NCBI GenBank assembly: GCA_965247115.1
Contig: CBDFGR010000002.1
Coordinates: 320,001-384,000, forward strand
DNA length: 64,000 bases
Direction: 5' to 3'
From: Myxococcota bacterium
GTDB taxonomy: Bacteria; Myxococcota_A; UBA9160; SZUA-336
How positions within the stretch are numbered: the stretch's first letter is position 1; each line of letters opens with the position of its first letter. The notes under the pieces are model-generated. The model saw nothing but the letters and a program-made list of their open reading frames with translations. It had not been told where the DNA came from and made no database searches. Below, in pieces: positions 48,473 to 57,431 of the stretch. Position numbers and translations under genes: made by a program.

Positions 48473-49138
48473 TCAAGGCCCGAATAGCGGGCGGTGGAAG
48501 TAGCGCAGCACGATCGTCACGGCGATCGCCGCAGCCACGACGAATGGAGAGAGCTCGCGCAGGCCCAGCAGCGTCTCTTTCCCCGTGAACGGGAGAAATG
48601 GTGTCGCTGCGTGAAACGCACCGAACCCGGTCGGATCTGCTGCCAGCTTGCGGCGGTCCTGGTGCACCGCACCGATCAGCGAGAACAGCACGAAGCCCCC
48701 GAAGAAGGCGAGATCCGAGCGGGCGCTGTTGGGAAGGCTGTGCGCGAGAGCGAAGATCGAAAGACCCATGAGCAAGGGGTGCCGTGTGATCCGATAAATG
48801 CCCCGCGGCATCGCAGCGCCCGGGACTACACCCGCCGGGCTCGGGTTCGCCAGGCTCGCAGCGACGAACACGAAGGCCATACCCATCAGCACGTACACCG
48901 TCCAGCGCAGCAAGGGACCGCTCCCCAGAACCCAGAGCTGCGGCCCGACGTGCTTGTTGTCGAAGTACGTGGCCACCAACGGAATGAAGATCGCCAGCGC
49001 GACGAGTGAGTAGAGCGCGAGAAACGGGACCGAACCGAGGCTTTCGACCAGTCGCCCTCGCAGCCGGATGCTCGACAACCCGACGTGCGTCGCGGCGAAC
49101 ATGAGCCAGAGCAGACCAATCGTGGGGGCCGGATCCAC
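48473..49138 (-). CDS. NnrU family membrane protein
   Basis: FAATHV, LYSLVAL, RGIYRITRHPLL, QDRRK, TPFLPF. Confidence 0.88.
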   Translation of the reverse strand: MDPAPTIGLLWLMFAATHVGLSSIRLRGRLVESLGSVPFLALYSLVALAIFIPLVATYFDNKHVGPQLWVLGSGPLLRWTVYVLMGMAFVFVAASLANPSPAGVVPGAAMPRGIYRITRHPLLMGLSIFALAHSLPNSARSDLAFFGGFVLFSLIGAVHQDRRKLAADPTGFGAFHAATPFLPFTGKETLLGLRELSPFVVAAAIAVTIVLRYFHRPLFGP

Positions 49139-49166
49139 GTGCTGAAGATAGCGAGGGGGAGGTCTG

Positions 49167-50432
49167 CTAGCCGGCAGCGGGGGTCAGGGGGTCGCGCGGG
49201 AAGCGGGCGCGGACGGCGTCGAGCAGGCCGGCCTCGAGGGCCTCGAGATCCCAGCCGGTCTCGCGGTGCAGCGCTCGCTCCCACGGCTCGCCCTTTTGGC
49301 AGCGTTGCAGCCAGCGGGCGATGGCTCCGGGGTGTCGGGTCTCGATGAGCTCGACGGCCGCGTGCGACTCCAGGTAGGCGAGCAGAGCGCGCTTCCCGCC
49401 GAGACCGCTGAAGCCGCGCAGGATGGAGGCCAAGGGGATCCAGTCTCCGGAGCGATCGGCGTCGAGCAGCCGGCGCCACTGGCCCCGAGACATCCCCTCG
49501 CGACCTCTCGCACCGGCCTCCAGGCGTTCGGCAATTCCCTCGTTCAGGAAGAAGGGCTGGTAACCGCCGAAGACGTCGCTGAACAGCGCGTGCGCGTACT
49601 CGTGCATGACCAGGGCGTAGAGCTCCTGGCGCGGGTGACGAGCGGAGACCACGTGGATCGCCCCGTCGTAGAACCCGACTGTCGAGAATCCGAAGCGGTG
49701 CTCGTAGGCCTGGAGGTAGTGCGCCCGCGTATAGAGTCGAACCTCGAGCGGCTCGGCGAGCTCGTGCGCGAGGTCGCGAGACAGCTCTGCGCGGGCCCGC
49801 TCCAGCAGGCTTGCCACCATCGCGCCGTATTCGCGGCCCGCGAACTGGTGGTCGTACGTGATGCGGAAGTGGGGCGTGTCCAGGCTCTGCGTCGTCCACA
49901 GCTCGCTCGTGCCGCGCGACAGCACGAGCTCCTCGTCGATCTCCACCAGGAGCCGACTCGCTGTCTCACGCCATTCCTCCGGAAGCTCCGCGGCCATGCC
50001 GAGCACCACCTCGAGAGCCTGGCGCGCAGGCTCGAGGCGGCCTCGCTTCCGTTCGACCAGCGCGAGCAGATAGGCGGCCTCCGGGCGCTGGGGGTGACTG
50101 ACAAAGAGGCGACGCAGGACCCGGAGCCCACGCCCCACCTCTCCCCGCTGCACGTCATCGCGAGCGCCGAACACCGAGCGCAGGTAGCGATCCCCCTCGC
50201 TGCTGGTGCTGGTACTGCCGCGGAGCGGCTCCCCCCGAACCTCGCTCCCCCACTGCAGTCTGAGCTCCGCCGGAGCTACGCGACGCGCCGTCGCCGACGG
50301 GGGAACCCCGTCGTCGGTGAGATACGTGTGGCCTGCCTCGTCGATCCAGACCTCGACCGTACCTGGCAGCAGCAGGGCCGCCACGAGCATGCCCAGCAGG
50401 AGTCCCAGGATGCGGCGTGCAGAAGCGCTCAC
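49167..50432 (-). CDS. Exported TPR-containing MA-clan metallopeptidase
   Basis: Signal peptide, WIDEAGHTYLTD, TPR region, HEYAH and NEGIAE. Confidence 0.75.
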   Translation of the reverse strand: MSASARRILGLLLGMLVAALLLPGTVEVWIDEAGHTYLTDDGVPPSATARRVAPAELRLQWGSEVRGEPLRGSTSTSSEGDRYLRSVFGARDDVQRGEVGRGLRVLRRLFVSHPQRPEAAYLLALVERKRGRLEPARQALEVVLGMAAELPEEWRETASRLLVEIDEELVLSRGTSELWTTQSLDTPHFRITYDHQFAGREYGAMVASLLERARAELSRDLAHELAEPLEVRLYTRAHYLQAYEHRFGFSTVGFYDGAIHVVSARHPRQELYALVMHEYAHALFSDVFGGYQPFFLNEGIAERLEAGARGREGMSRGQWRRLLDADRSGDWIPLASILRGFSGLGGKRALLAYLESHAAVELIETRHPGAIARWLQRCQKGEPWERALHRETGWDLEALEAGLLDAVRARFPRDPLTPAAG

Positions 50433-50465
50433 GCGCTCTCTCTTCGGCAGCCCACCCCGGGCCGC

Positions 50466-51002
50466 TTAGCGCCGCAGCTGCCCCACGACGTGAGCGATTT
50501 CGGGAAGAATCAGGCGCTCCATGGCGAGCCGCACTGCCGCGGAGGAGCCGGGCATCACGTAGACCACGGTGCCTTCCGCCGTTCCCGCCAGAGCGCGCGA
50601 CAGGACCGCCGCCGCCCCGATTTGCTCGAAGGAGAGCATCCGAAACAGCTCGCCAAAGCCCGTCAGCACCTTCTGGAGCAGTGGCTCGATCGTGTCCGGG
50701 GTGACGTCCCTCGGGGACACCCCCGTGCCGCCCGTGACGATGATGGCATCGACGTCGGGGTTGCCGAGTGAGGCGAGCACGGCCGTGCGGATCGCGTCTC
50801 GATCGTCCTTCAGGATCGTGCGATTCGAAACAGCGTGGCCGGCCGCCTCGAGGCGTTCCTGGATCAGCTGTCCCGACGAGTCGGTGGCTGGGGTCCGGCT
50901 GTCGCTGACCGTGAAGACTGCGGAGCGGACCGACTCGGGCGCGTAGGCCCGATGCTCGGCCGGAGCGTCCGGGTGCCCACGAGCGTGAGACTTGTCGCTC
51001 AC
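50466..51002 (-). CDS. moaB: Molybdenum cofactor biosynthesis protein MoaB/Mog
   Basis: TVSDSRT..DSSG, TGGTGVSPRDVTPD, GFGELFR, SRALAG, MPGS. Confidence 0.92.
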   Translation of the reverse strand: MSDKSHARGHPDAPAEHRAYAPESVRSAVFTVSDSRTPATDSSGQLIQERLEAAGHAVSNRTILKDDRDAIRTAVLASLGNPDVDAIIVTGGTGVSPRDVTPDTIEPLLQKVLTGFGELFRMLSFEQIGAAAVLSRALAGTAEGTVVYVMPGSSAAVRLAMERLILPEIAHVVGQLRR

Positions 51003-51658
51003 GGCGTGTCCTCTACCCAGTAGGCTCCTCCGTCCGCGAACTCCTTTTTCCAGATAGGCACGGACTCCTTCAACGTGTCGATCGCGAAGCGACACGCCTC
51101 GAATGCCTCCGCCCGGTGCGGTGCGGCCGCAGCGATCATGACCGCGGCGTCGCCGATCTCGAGTCGACCGACTCGATGGCTGAGCGCGAGGCGCACGTCT
51201 GGCCAGCGCTCGCGAACCTGCGCGAGGATCTTCTCGAGCTCCTTCTCGGCCATGGGTCCGTACGCTTCGTACTCGAGGTGGTCGATCCCCTGGTCGCGAG
51301 CCCGATTGCGAACGACGCCGTTGAAGGTCACGACCCCCCCGCAGTCCGGACCGAGCACGCGCTCGAGCAGTGTATCCATCGAGAGGGGCGTCGACTGCAG
51401 AAGCCGCAGCTTCGCACCTCCGCTCACAGGTGGGAGCAACGCGACCTCGTCCCCGTCGGACAACAGCGTCCCGAGCGGCGCTCGCTCGGCGTTCACGGAG
51501 ATCACCAGGCGGCCGCGGTAGCGCACGAGGGGCACGTGCGCCTCCTCGAGCTGCCCCACCAGCTCGCCGAGCGAGCTGCCCTCCGACAGCTCAACGTCGA
51601 GCTCCTTCTGCCCGACCATCTCGCGCAGCCCGGCAAACAACAGCACCCGCAGCTTCAT
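50999..51658 (-). CDS. Fused molybdopterin synthase MoaD-MoaE (MoaX-type)
   Basis: VLLFAGLRE...DGDEVALLPPVSGG then GGVVTFNGVVR, LEYEAY, HRVG, PIWKKE in one frame. Confidence 0.92.
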   Translation of the reverse strand: MKLRVLLFAGLREMVGQKELDVELSEGSSLGELVGQLEEAHVPLVRYRGRLVISVNAERAPLGTLLSDGDEVALLPPVSGGAKLRLLQSTPLSMDTLLERVLGPDCGGVVTFNGVVRNRARDQGIDHLEYEAYGPMAEKELEKILAQVRERWPDVRLALSHRVGRLEIGDAAVMIAAAAPHRAEAFEACRFAIDTLKESVPIWKKEFADGGAYWVEDTP

Positions 51659-51673
51659 CCCCCGAACCTACCA

Positions 51674-51736
51674 CTTGTGGGACCCGGCCGCGGGCGTCCG
51701 CGGGGCGGGTCCCACAAGACCCGGTCCCACAAGACC
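51674..51736. repeat. REP-like hairpin with a duplicated right arm
   Basis: CTTGTGGGACCCG...CGGGTCCCACAAG with inner CCGCGG/CCGCGG; second GGTCCCACAAGACC copy follows. Confidence 0.6.
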
Positions 51737-51738
51737 TG

Positions 51739-52218
51739 CTAGGGGCTGACTTCGGCGTCCTTGCCGTTGGCCTTCTTGTTGGCTTCCGGCTGGGGCCTGG
51801 GAAGCTCGACGTCGCTCTGCTTGGAGACCGCAGCCTCCTCGCCGTCCATCTTTATCTGTCCGTTGAAGAAAGCGCCGTCCTCGATCAGAAGTCGGGCCGT
51901 ATCGATGTTCCCGCTCACCCGAGCGCTCCGGTGCAGCGTCACCTGGCCTGGGGCGCTGATGTCGCCGCGCACCTCGCCGGAGATGATGACGACCTGCGAC
52001 TGGATCGTCGCCTGCACCCGACCGCTCTCTCCCACGATCAGAGTATTCTCGCTGGCGATCTCGCCATCGAAGCGACCATCGATGCGCACCGTGTCCTTGA
52101 ACGACAGTTTTCCGGAGAACTCCGACCCCTGATCGATGAAGGCAGTGAGCGCGCCGACTCCTCCCGTGACAGGTGGCTCGGTCGCGCGATTGGCCTTACG
52201 CAAGTCGTTGAATGCCAT
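51739..52218 (-). CDS. Bactofilin (polymer-forming cytoskeletal protein)
   Basis: FIDQGSEFSGKL, VRIDGRFDGEI, LIVGESG, GNIDTARLLIEDGAFFNG. Confidence 0.92.
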   Translation of the reverse strand: MAFNDLRKANRATEPPVTGGVGALTAFIDQGSEFSGKLSFKDTVRIDGRFDGEIASENTLIVGESGRVQATIQSQVVIISGEVRGDISAPGQVTLHRSARVSGNIDTARLLIEDGAFFNGQIKMDGEEAAVSKQSDVELPRPQPEANKKANGKDAEVSP

Positions 52219-52360
52219 TGCTCTCCTCGTATGTCTTCCGCTGGCTTAGTGGGGAAACTGCACCTGAGCTGCGTATCGGCGAAGCAGCCTGTCGACTTGA
52301 GCGCTCGCTCCTTGTGCGCTCGCTCCCCGTCCGGCGTGACGGCTGATATTCTTCCGACCG

Positions 52361-53314
52361 ATGGCCGCCGGCAGTACAGAGGCCGCGCGAAGAGAGCTCC
52401 GGCTCTCGCGAGCACGGGACAAGGTCCACGGAGCCTATCTCTTCGAGGGCGGCCCAGACACGCGTGCCCGCGAGCTCGCGATCTGGTTCGCGCGGCTCTT
52501 GCTGTGCCGGGCAGACGAGGAGGACCCCTGCGCGACCTGTCACGACTGTCGCCTTGCGCTCGCGTCGGTGGCCGAGAACGCAGACCGCCCGGCCCACCCC
52601 GATCTGCACTGGGTCGAGCCGGAGGGTGCGTACGTCAAAGTTGGCCAGGTGCGTGCCCTGCAGCGCAACCTCAGCCTCGTTGCGAACGAGGGCGGTCGGC
52701 GCATCGGCCTGATCGTTGGAGCGGAGAAGCTCACCGATGAGGCCTCGAACGGCCTCTTGAAGACGCTCGAAGAGCCTCCGCGCGGCACGACGCTGCTCCT
52801 CGTGACCGACCGCGCGCAGGCGCTGCTGCCGACACTGCGTTCTCGCACCACGCACATGCGTGTTGCTCGGACGCCCGAGAACGAGCTCAGGGAGGCGCTC
52901 ATCGCCGAGGGCTTCGATCAGGACGACGCCTGGCTCGCGAGCGCACTGGGAGGAGGCAGCCTGATCGGGGCTCGGAGCTGGGCGGACGAGCACCTCGACC
53001 GAGCCCGGGAGATGCACGAGCTCCTCGCCGCCCTGGCGAGTCGTGGCGCGAGCGAGATCCTCGACTTTGCCGAGTCGTTCCGCGGAGGCGAAGCCGCCCG
53101 TCAGCGAGCCGAGCTGCTGCTCGACGTCACGGGCGCGTTCGCACGCCGCCAGGTCGCAGCAAGCTCGGAGGGCAACGACCCGAGCGGAGTCGGCCGCTGG
53201 CTCACCCACTACGAGTCCGCAACCCAGTCCCGCCTGGAGCTACGCAAACGCAACCTGAACCCCCAGCTCCTGGTCGAAGGCCTCCTCCTAACCCTCCGCG
53301 CCACCCTCTCCTAA
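52361..53314 (+). CDS. holB: DNA polymerase III delta-prime subunit
   Basis: HGAYLFEG, C..PCATCHDC, HPDL, ASNGLLKTLEEP, LLPTLRSR. Confidence 0.9.
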   Translation: MAAGSTEAARRELRLSRARDKVHGAYLFEGGPDTRARELAIWFARLLLCRADEEDPCATCHDCRLALASVAENADRPAHPDLHWVEPEGAYVKVGQVRALQRNLSLVANEGGRRIGLIVGAEKLTDEASNGLLKTLEEPPRGTTLLLVTDRAQALLPTLRSRTTHMRVARTPENELREALIAEGFDQDDAWLASALGGGSLIGARSWADEHLDRAREMHELLAALASRGASEILDFAESFRGGEAARQRAELLLDVTGAFARRQVAASSEGNDPSGVGRWLTHYESATQSRLELRKRNLNPQLLVEGLLLTLRATLS

Positions 53315-53411
53315 CCCCACCCTAACCCCAACAAAGTCGGACGCAGAAACGTCCCCACCGACCCAGCGCTTCGCGAACCCAACCGATCCGATCGAGCCGA
53401 GTCGGCGAGGA

Positions 53412-53522
53412 GTCGGAGGGCGGGAACGTCCCCCGCAGGATCGTGTAGCGGTGTTCGAGGGCTCTCGGCTGCAGGCTCAGCTGAGTAGCGAGATCCTGCG
53501 GGGGACGTTCCCGCTCTCCGAC
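53412..53522. repeat. 31-bp inverted repeat (30/31) with 49-nt spacer; REP/REPIN- or MITE-like
   Basis: GTCGGAGGGCGGGAACGTCCCCCGCAGGATC ... GATCCTGCGGGGGACGTTCCCGCTCTCCGAC; extra ACGTCCCC copies at 53349 and 53521. Confidence 0.8.
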
Positions 53523-53605
53523 GTCCCCCCGCCCACACATTCCGTCCGAGTACCGAACCACCCCAGTCCTGACTCCACCAAGCGTTCCGCTACATTCCCC
53601 CCGCG

Positions 53606-55129
53606 ATGTCCACACCCTTCTACGTCACGACCCCCATCTACTATCCAAACGGCGTCCCGCACATCGGGAGCACGTACACGACGATCTGCGCCGAGACGTT
53701 CATGCGCTACCACAGGGCGACGGGTGAGGAGACGCTGCTGCTGACCGGCATGGACGAGTACGGAGAGAAGATCTCCGAGGTCGCGCGCGAAGGAGGTATC
53801 GAGCCCAGGGAGCACGTGGATCGGATGGCTGCGCGCTACCGTGCTACCTGGGACGAGCTCGGCATCCAGTACGGCCGCTTCATCCGAACGACAGACGAGG
53901 ACCATCACGAGAGCGTCGCACACTTCTGGCAGACGATATACGACCGCGGCGAGATCGAGTTCCGGGAGTACACCGGTCTCTACTGCGTGGGCTGCGAGCG
54001 CTACCTGACGGAACGCGACCTGGAGGGCGGGAAGTGCACGCAGCACCAGACCGCGCCAGAGCCCCGCAGCGAGTCCAACTACTTCTTCAAGATGTCGGCT
54101 CACTTCGACTGGTGGATCTCTCAGCTCGAGAGCAACCCGCAGCTCGTGTCGTCCGATCGCTACCGCAACGAGGTGCTCTCGCTGCTCAAGAGCGGCGCGC
54201 TCGAGGACCTATGCATCTCGCGCCCGCGCGAGCGCCTGACCTGGGGCATCCCCGTTCCCTGGGACGACGACTACGTGACCTACGTCTGGACCGACGCCCT
54301 CGTGAACTACCTGACCGGCGCCGGCTACCCGGACGCTCCAGGCTGGGAGAAACGCTGGTCGGGAGTCCATCACGTGATCGGCAAAGACATCTTGAAGCCG
54401 CACGCCATCTTCTGGCCGACCATGCTCCATGCCGCCGGTGTTCCGACCTACCAGGGCCTGCACGTGCACGGCTACTGGAACATGGACAACGTGAAGATCT
54501 CCAAAACGCTTGGCAATATGGTCGACCCGCTGATCATGAAGGAGAAGTACGGCTTCGAGGCATTCCGCTACTACCTGCTGCGCGAGATGTCCTTCGGCCT
54601 GGACACGGACTTCTCCGAGGAGGGGCTGATCCGGCGGGTGAACGCCGACCTGGCGAACGACCTCGGGAACCTGCTGAACCGCTCCGTCGCCATGCTCGGA
54701 AGGTACTTCGAGGGGATCGTGCCGGCCCACGACGGAGAGAGCCGCTTGCGCGCGGAGGCGGAGCGCGTGGCATCCGAGGTGGATCGGCACTTGCGTGCCT
54801 TCAGCACGCAGCGCGCTCTCGCGTCGCTCTGGGAGCTCGTCTCAGCGGCCAACAAGTACATCGACGCCGAGGCGCCGTGGCAGCTCGCGAAGGACACGGA
54901 GAAGAGGGATCGGCTCGCCACCGTAATGACCGAGGTGCTCGAATGTGTGCGCGTGATCGCCGTGCTGCTCGAGTCCTTCCTGCCGGAGACGAGTGGCAAG
55001 ATTCTCCAGAGCCTCGGCGACCCGCCGAACGCTGGCAGTCTGGACGAGCGATTGCGCTGGGGTCAGCTCGCGCCCGCCACCGAGACGGAAAAGATCGACG
55101 CCCTCTTCCCGCGGATCGAGGCTTCTTGA
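53606..55129 (+). CDS. metG: Methionyl-tRNA synthetase (short form, no C-terminal dimerisation domain)
   Basis: YVTTPIYYPN..HIGS, FIRTT, YVWTDAL, IGKDILKPH, KISKT. Confidence 0.96.
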   Translation: MSTPFYVTTPIYYPNGVPHIGSTYTTICAETFMRYHRATGEETLLLTGMDEYGEKISEVAREGGIEPREHVDRMAARYRATWDELGIQYGRFIRTTDEDHHESVAHFWQTIYDRGEIEFREYTGLYCVGCERYLTERDLEGGKCTQHQTAPEPRSESNYFFKMSAHFDWWISQLESNPQLVSSDRYRNEVLSLLKSGALEDLCISRPRERLTWGIPVPWDDDYVTYVWTDALVNYLTGAGYPDAPGWEKRWSGVHHVIGKDILKPHAIFWPTMLHAAGVPTYQGLHVHGYWNMDNVKISKTLGNMVDPLIMKEKYGFEAFRYYLLREMSFGLDTDFSEEGLIRRVNADLANDLGNLLNRSVAMLGRYFEGIVPAHDGESRLRAEAERVASEVDRHLRAFSTQRALASLWELVSAANKYIDAEAPWQLAKDTEKRDRLATVMTEVLECVRVIAVLLESFLPETSGKILQSLGDPPNAGSLDERLRWGQLAPATETEKIDALFPRIEAS

Positions 55130-55929
55130 GACTCGTCGACAGTCACGCGCACATCGGGGCGCCCGAGCTGCTCCCCGAGGCTCCCGACCTCGTGCAAAAA
55201 GCACGGCAAGCCGGGGTCGAGGGCATCATCGCGATCGGAGCGGGCTACGGGGTCGGGAACAACGCGGGAGCTGTCGCGCTTGCGTGCGAGCAGCGAGGTG
55301 TCTGGGCGACGGCCGGCGTTCATCCGCACGATGCCTCGCAGTGGAACGCGCTCGCCCTGCAGGCCCTGGACGGTTGGGCGGCGCACGAACGCGTCGTGGC
55401 TATTGGCGAGTGTGGTCTCGACTACTGGTACGAGCACTCGCCGCGCGAGGTGCAACGGGAGTGCCTGCGCGGGCAGATCGCGCTCGCGCGACGCACCGGC
55501 TTGCCGTTGGTCATCCACGTGCGACCCACTCGCGATTCGCGCGACGCCTTCGAGGAGCTGCTCGAGATCTTCGACGAGGAGGGCGCGGATCGGGCGGGGG
55601 GTGTGATTCACTGCTTTACGGGAGATCTCCCCTTCGCGCACGATTGCCTGGCACGCGGCTTCGACATTTCCTTCTCGGGCATCCTCACCTTCAAGGGCGC
55701 AGAGGAGCTGCGCGAGGTCGGCGCGGCCCTGCCGCTGGAGCGGCTCCTGATAGAGACCGACAGCCCGCTGCTGGCCCCGGTACCTCACCGTGGGAGCCGG
55801 AACGAGCCAGCCTTCGTGGCCGAGGTGGCCGGGTGCCTGGCAGAGCTGCACGACCGCAGCGCCGAGGAGATCGGCGAGCGAACGGCCGAGCGGGCCTATC
55901 ACGCCTTCCGCATCCAGGCCGAGCGCTAG
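55126..55929 (+). CDS. tatD: TatD family nuclease
   Basis: TTG start overlapping metG stop; DSHAH, GVHPH, GECGLDY, HCFTG, ETDSP. Confidence 0.93.
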   Translation: MRLVDSHAHIGAPELLPEAPDLVQKARQAGVEGIIAIGAGYGVGNNAGAVALACEQRGVWATAGVHPHDASQWNALALQALDGWAAHERVVAIGECGLDYWYEHSPREVQRECLRGQIALARRTGLPLVIHVRPTRDSRDAFEELLEIFDEEGADRAGGVIHCFTGDLPFAHDCLARGFDISFSGILTFKGAEELREVGAALPLERLLIETDSPLLAPVPHRGSRNEPAFVAEVAGCLAELHDRSAEEIGERTAERAYHAFRIQAER

Positions 55930-56058
55930 CTGGCCCCAGCCAGGAAGCTGTCACCCGATGGACACGACGAGCCCAGCTCACTCGCGAAGCAGAAGCCGGT
56001 AGGCTCGCGTCATGGCGGCGAGCACGACACGCGTGTGAGTTTCCCCTGGCCCGCCGGG

Positions 56059-57417
56059 TTACTCCTCCTCGGCCGGCGCGACGAAGCGGTTCTGGAAGGC
56101 CTCTAGCCCGAGCGGGAAGTCTTCGCCGAGCGAGCTCGCGACCTGCCAGATCTGCTCGCTCTGCGACGAGCGAGCGCTCAAGCTCTCCCCCAGGATGTCG
56201 CCGAGCTCGAGCCAGCCGAGCAGCTCTGCTTCCTCAGCAAAGGCCGAGACGCGCAGGCTCGGCGGATCCAGACCAAAGTCCGCCGTCAAGGCGTCGGGCC
56301 GCTCGATCCCCGTCGCGTCGAGCAAGCGGATCGCGTAAAGCAGATCCTCGAGGGTGAACGGCGCGAGCTCGGGCGCACCCCCCTCTGGAACCCACTCGCT
56401 CTCGCTCCGTGCGTAGCTGCTGCCCGCATCTGCCCTGGGGAAGCGAAGCTCGATGCGTGTGACCTCTGCCTGGTCGAGCTCGAAGACCCGCTTGTACCGA
56501 AACTCGAAGAACGTGCGCGGAATCCCGGAGAGCAGCCTCTCGGGCACCGCGTACAGGACGTCGGCCGCGTCGACACGCACGTAGCCCGTGCCCTCGGAGC
56601 TGCCGAGCTCGAAGCCGGTCGTTGCCCCGCTCTCGCGGACCAGCGAGACCTGAAGCTCGGGGAGGGCGAGCCCATAGCGCGAGAGCTCCTGGGGAGCGTC
56701 GATGAACTCCGATGCACGGGCCAGCACGAGATCCTCGACCAGGCGCTCGATCCCGCGCGAGTCGGCGGGTTCCTCGGTCGGGGCGACCAGGTTCCAGCCG
56801 TCCTCCGTGCGCACTGCGGTCACGATCAGACTCCCACGGACGCGCAGCTGTAGCTCAGCGACCTCGTCCGCGGCGAGCGCGGTCAGACGCTTGTCGCGCA
56901 ATCGAAACAGAGACGAGGACAGCGGCTCGAGCTCTACCCGCTCGGCCGTGTGCACGCGGGACTCCTCGCCAGCGACGGCGAAGTAGCGCGCCTCGCCGAT
57001 CGGCGTGTCCTCACCGAGGTAGAGCTCGAGCGTCGCGTCGGAGGTACGGGCAGATACCACCACGCGCTCCTCTTCCGAGAGGCCGAACACGGTCGGGTCT
57101 TCCGCGTGCTCCTCGATCGTGAGCCCCGCCTCGAGCGTCTCCAGAGCCTCCAGGGCGCGCTCGACGGCCCCCGCGTCTGCGCGAAACTCGAGCGGAGTCT
57201 CGAGCCGCCACTCCTCGGCGCGCACCAGCCTGGCGCGTCCACCGCCCTCCAGCGGCAGCTCGAGCTCGGTGATGTCTTCACTCGCGACGTCGAATACTCG
57301 CCGCGCCGCCTGCTCTGCCAGCTCGCGCTCCGCCGGAGCGCGGATCTCTCGCAGCCAGACGAAGAGCCCCAGACCCAGCGCGAAGGCGGCGAGCAGGAAC
57401 GTCCCGCGCAGGCGCAT
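56059..57417 (-). CDS. DUF4340 domain membrane-anchored protein
   Basis: N-terminal TM; three repeated W-x-L..AD...YGL units, LRDKRL; Gld-ABC context. Confidence 0.8.
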   Translation of the reverse strand: MRLRGTFLLAAFALGLGLFVWLREIRAPAERELAEQAARRVFDVASEDITELELPLEGGGRARLVRAEEWRLETPLEFRADAGAVERALEALETLEAGLTIEEHAEDPTVFGLSEEERVVVSARTSDATLELYLGEDTPIGEARYFAVAGEESRVHTAERVELEPLSSSLFRLRDKRLTALAADEVAELQLRVRGSLIVTAVRTEDGWNLVAPTEEPADSRGIERLVEDLVLARASEFIDAPQELSRYGLALPELQVSLVRESGATTGFELGSSEGTGYVRVDAADVLYAVPERLLSGIPRTFFEFRYKRVFELDQAEVTRIELRFPRADAGSSYARSESEWVPEGGAPELAPFTLEDLLYAIRLLDATGIERPDALTADFGLDPPSLRVSAFAEEAELLGWLELGDILGESLSARSSQSEQIWQVASSLGEDFPLGLEAFQNRFVAPAEEE

Positions 57418-57431
57418 CTAGAGCGACCGGA

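Noticed and set aside
53315..53605. T-box or SAM riboswitch upstream of metG
   Set aside because: No T-box or S-box consensus seen; a -10-like TACATT lies 9 nt before the ATG, leaving no room for a leader
54034..55125. Apparent large N-terminal fusion on TatD (631-aa ORF)
   Set aside because: Alternative frame inside metG; TatD starts at TTG 55126
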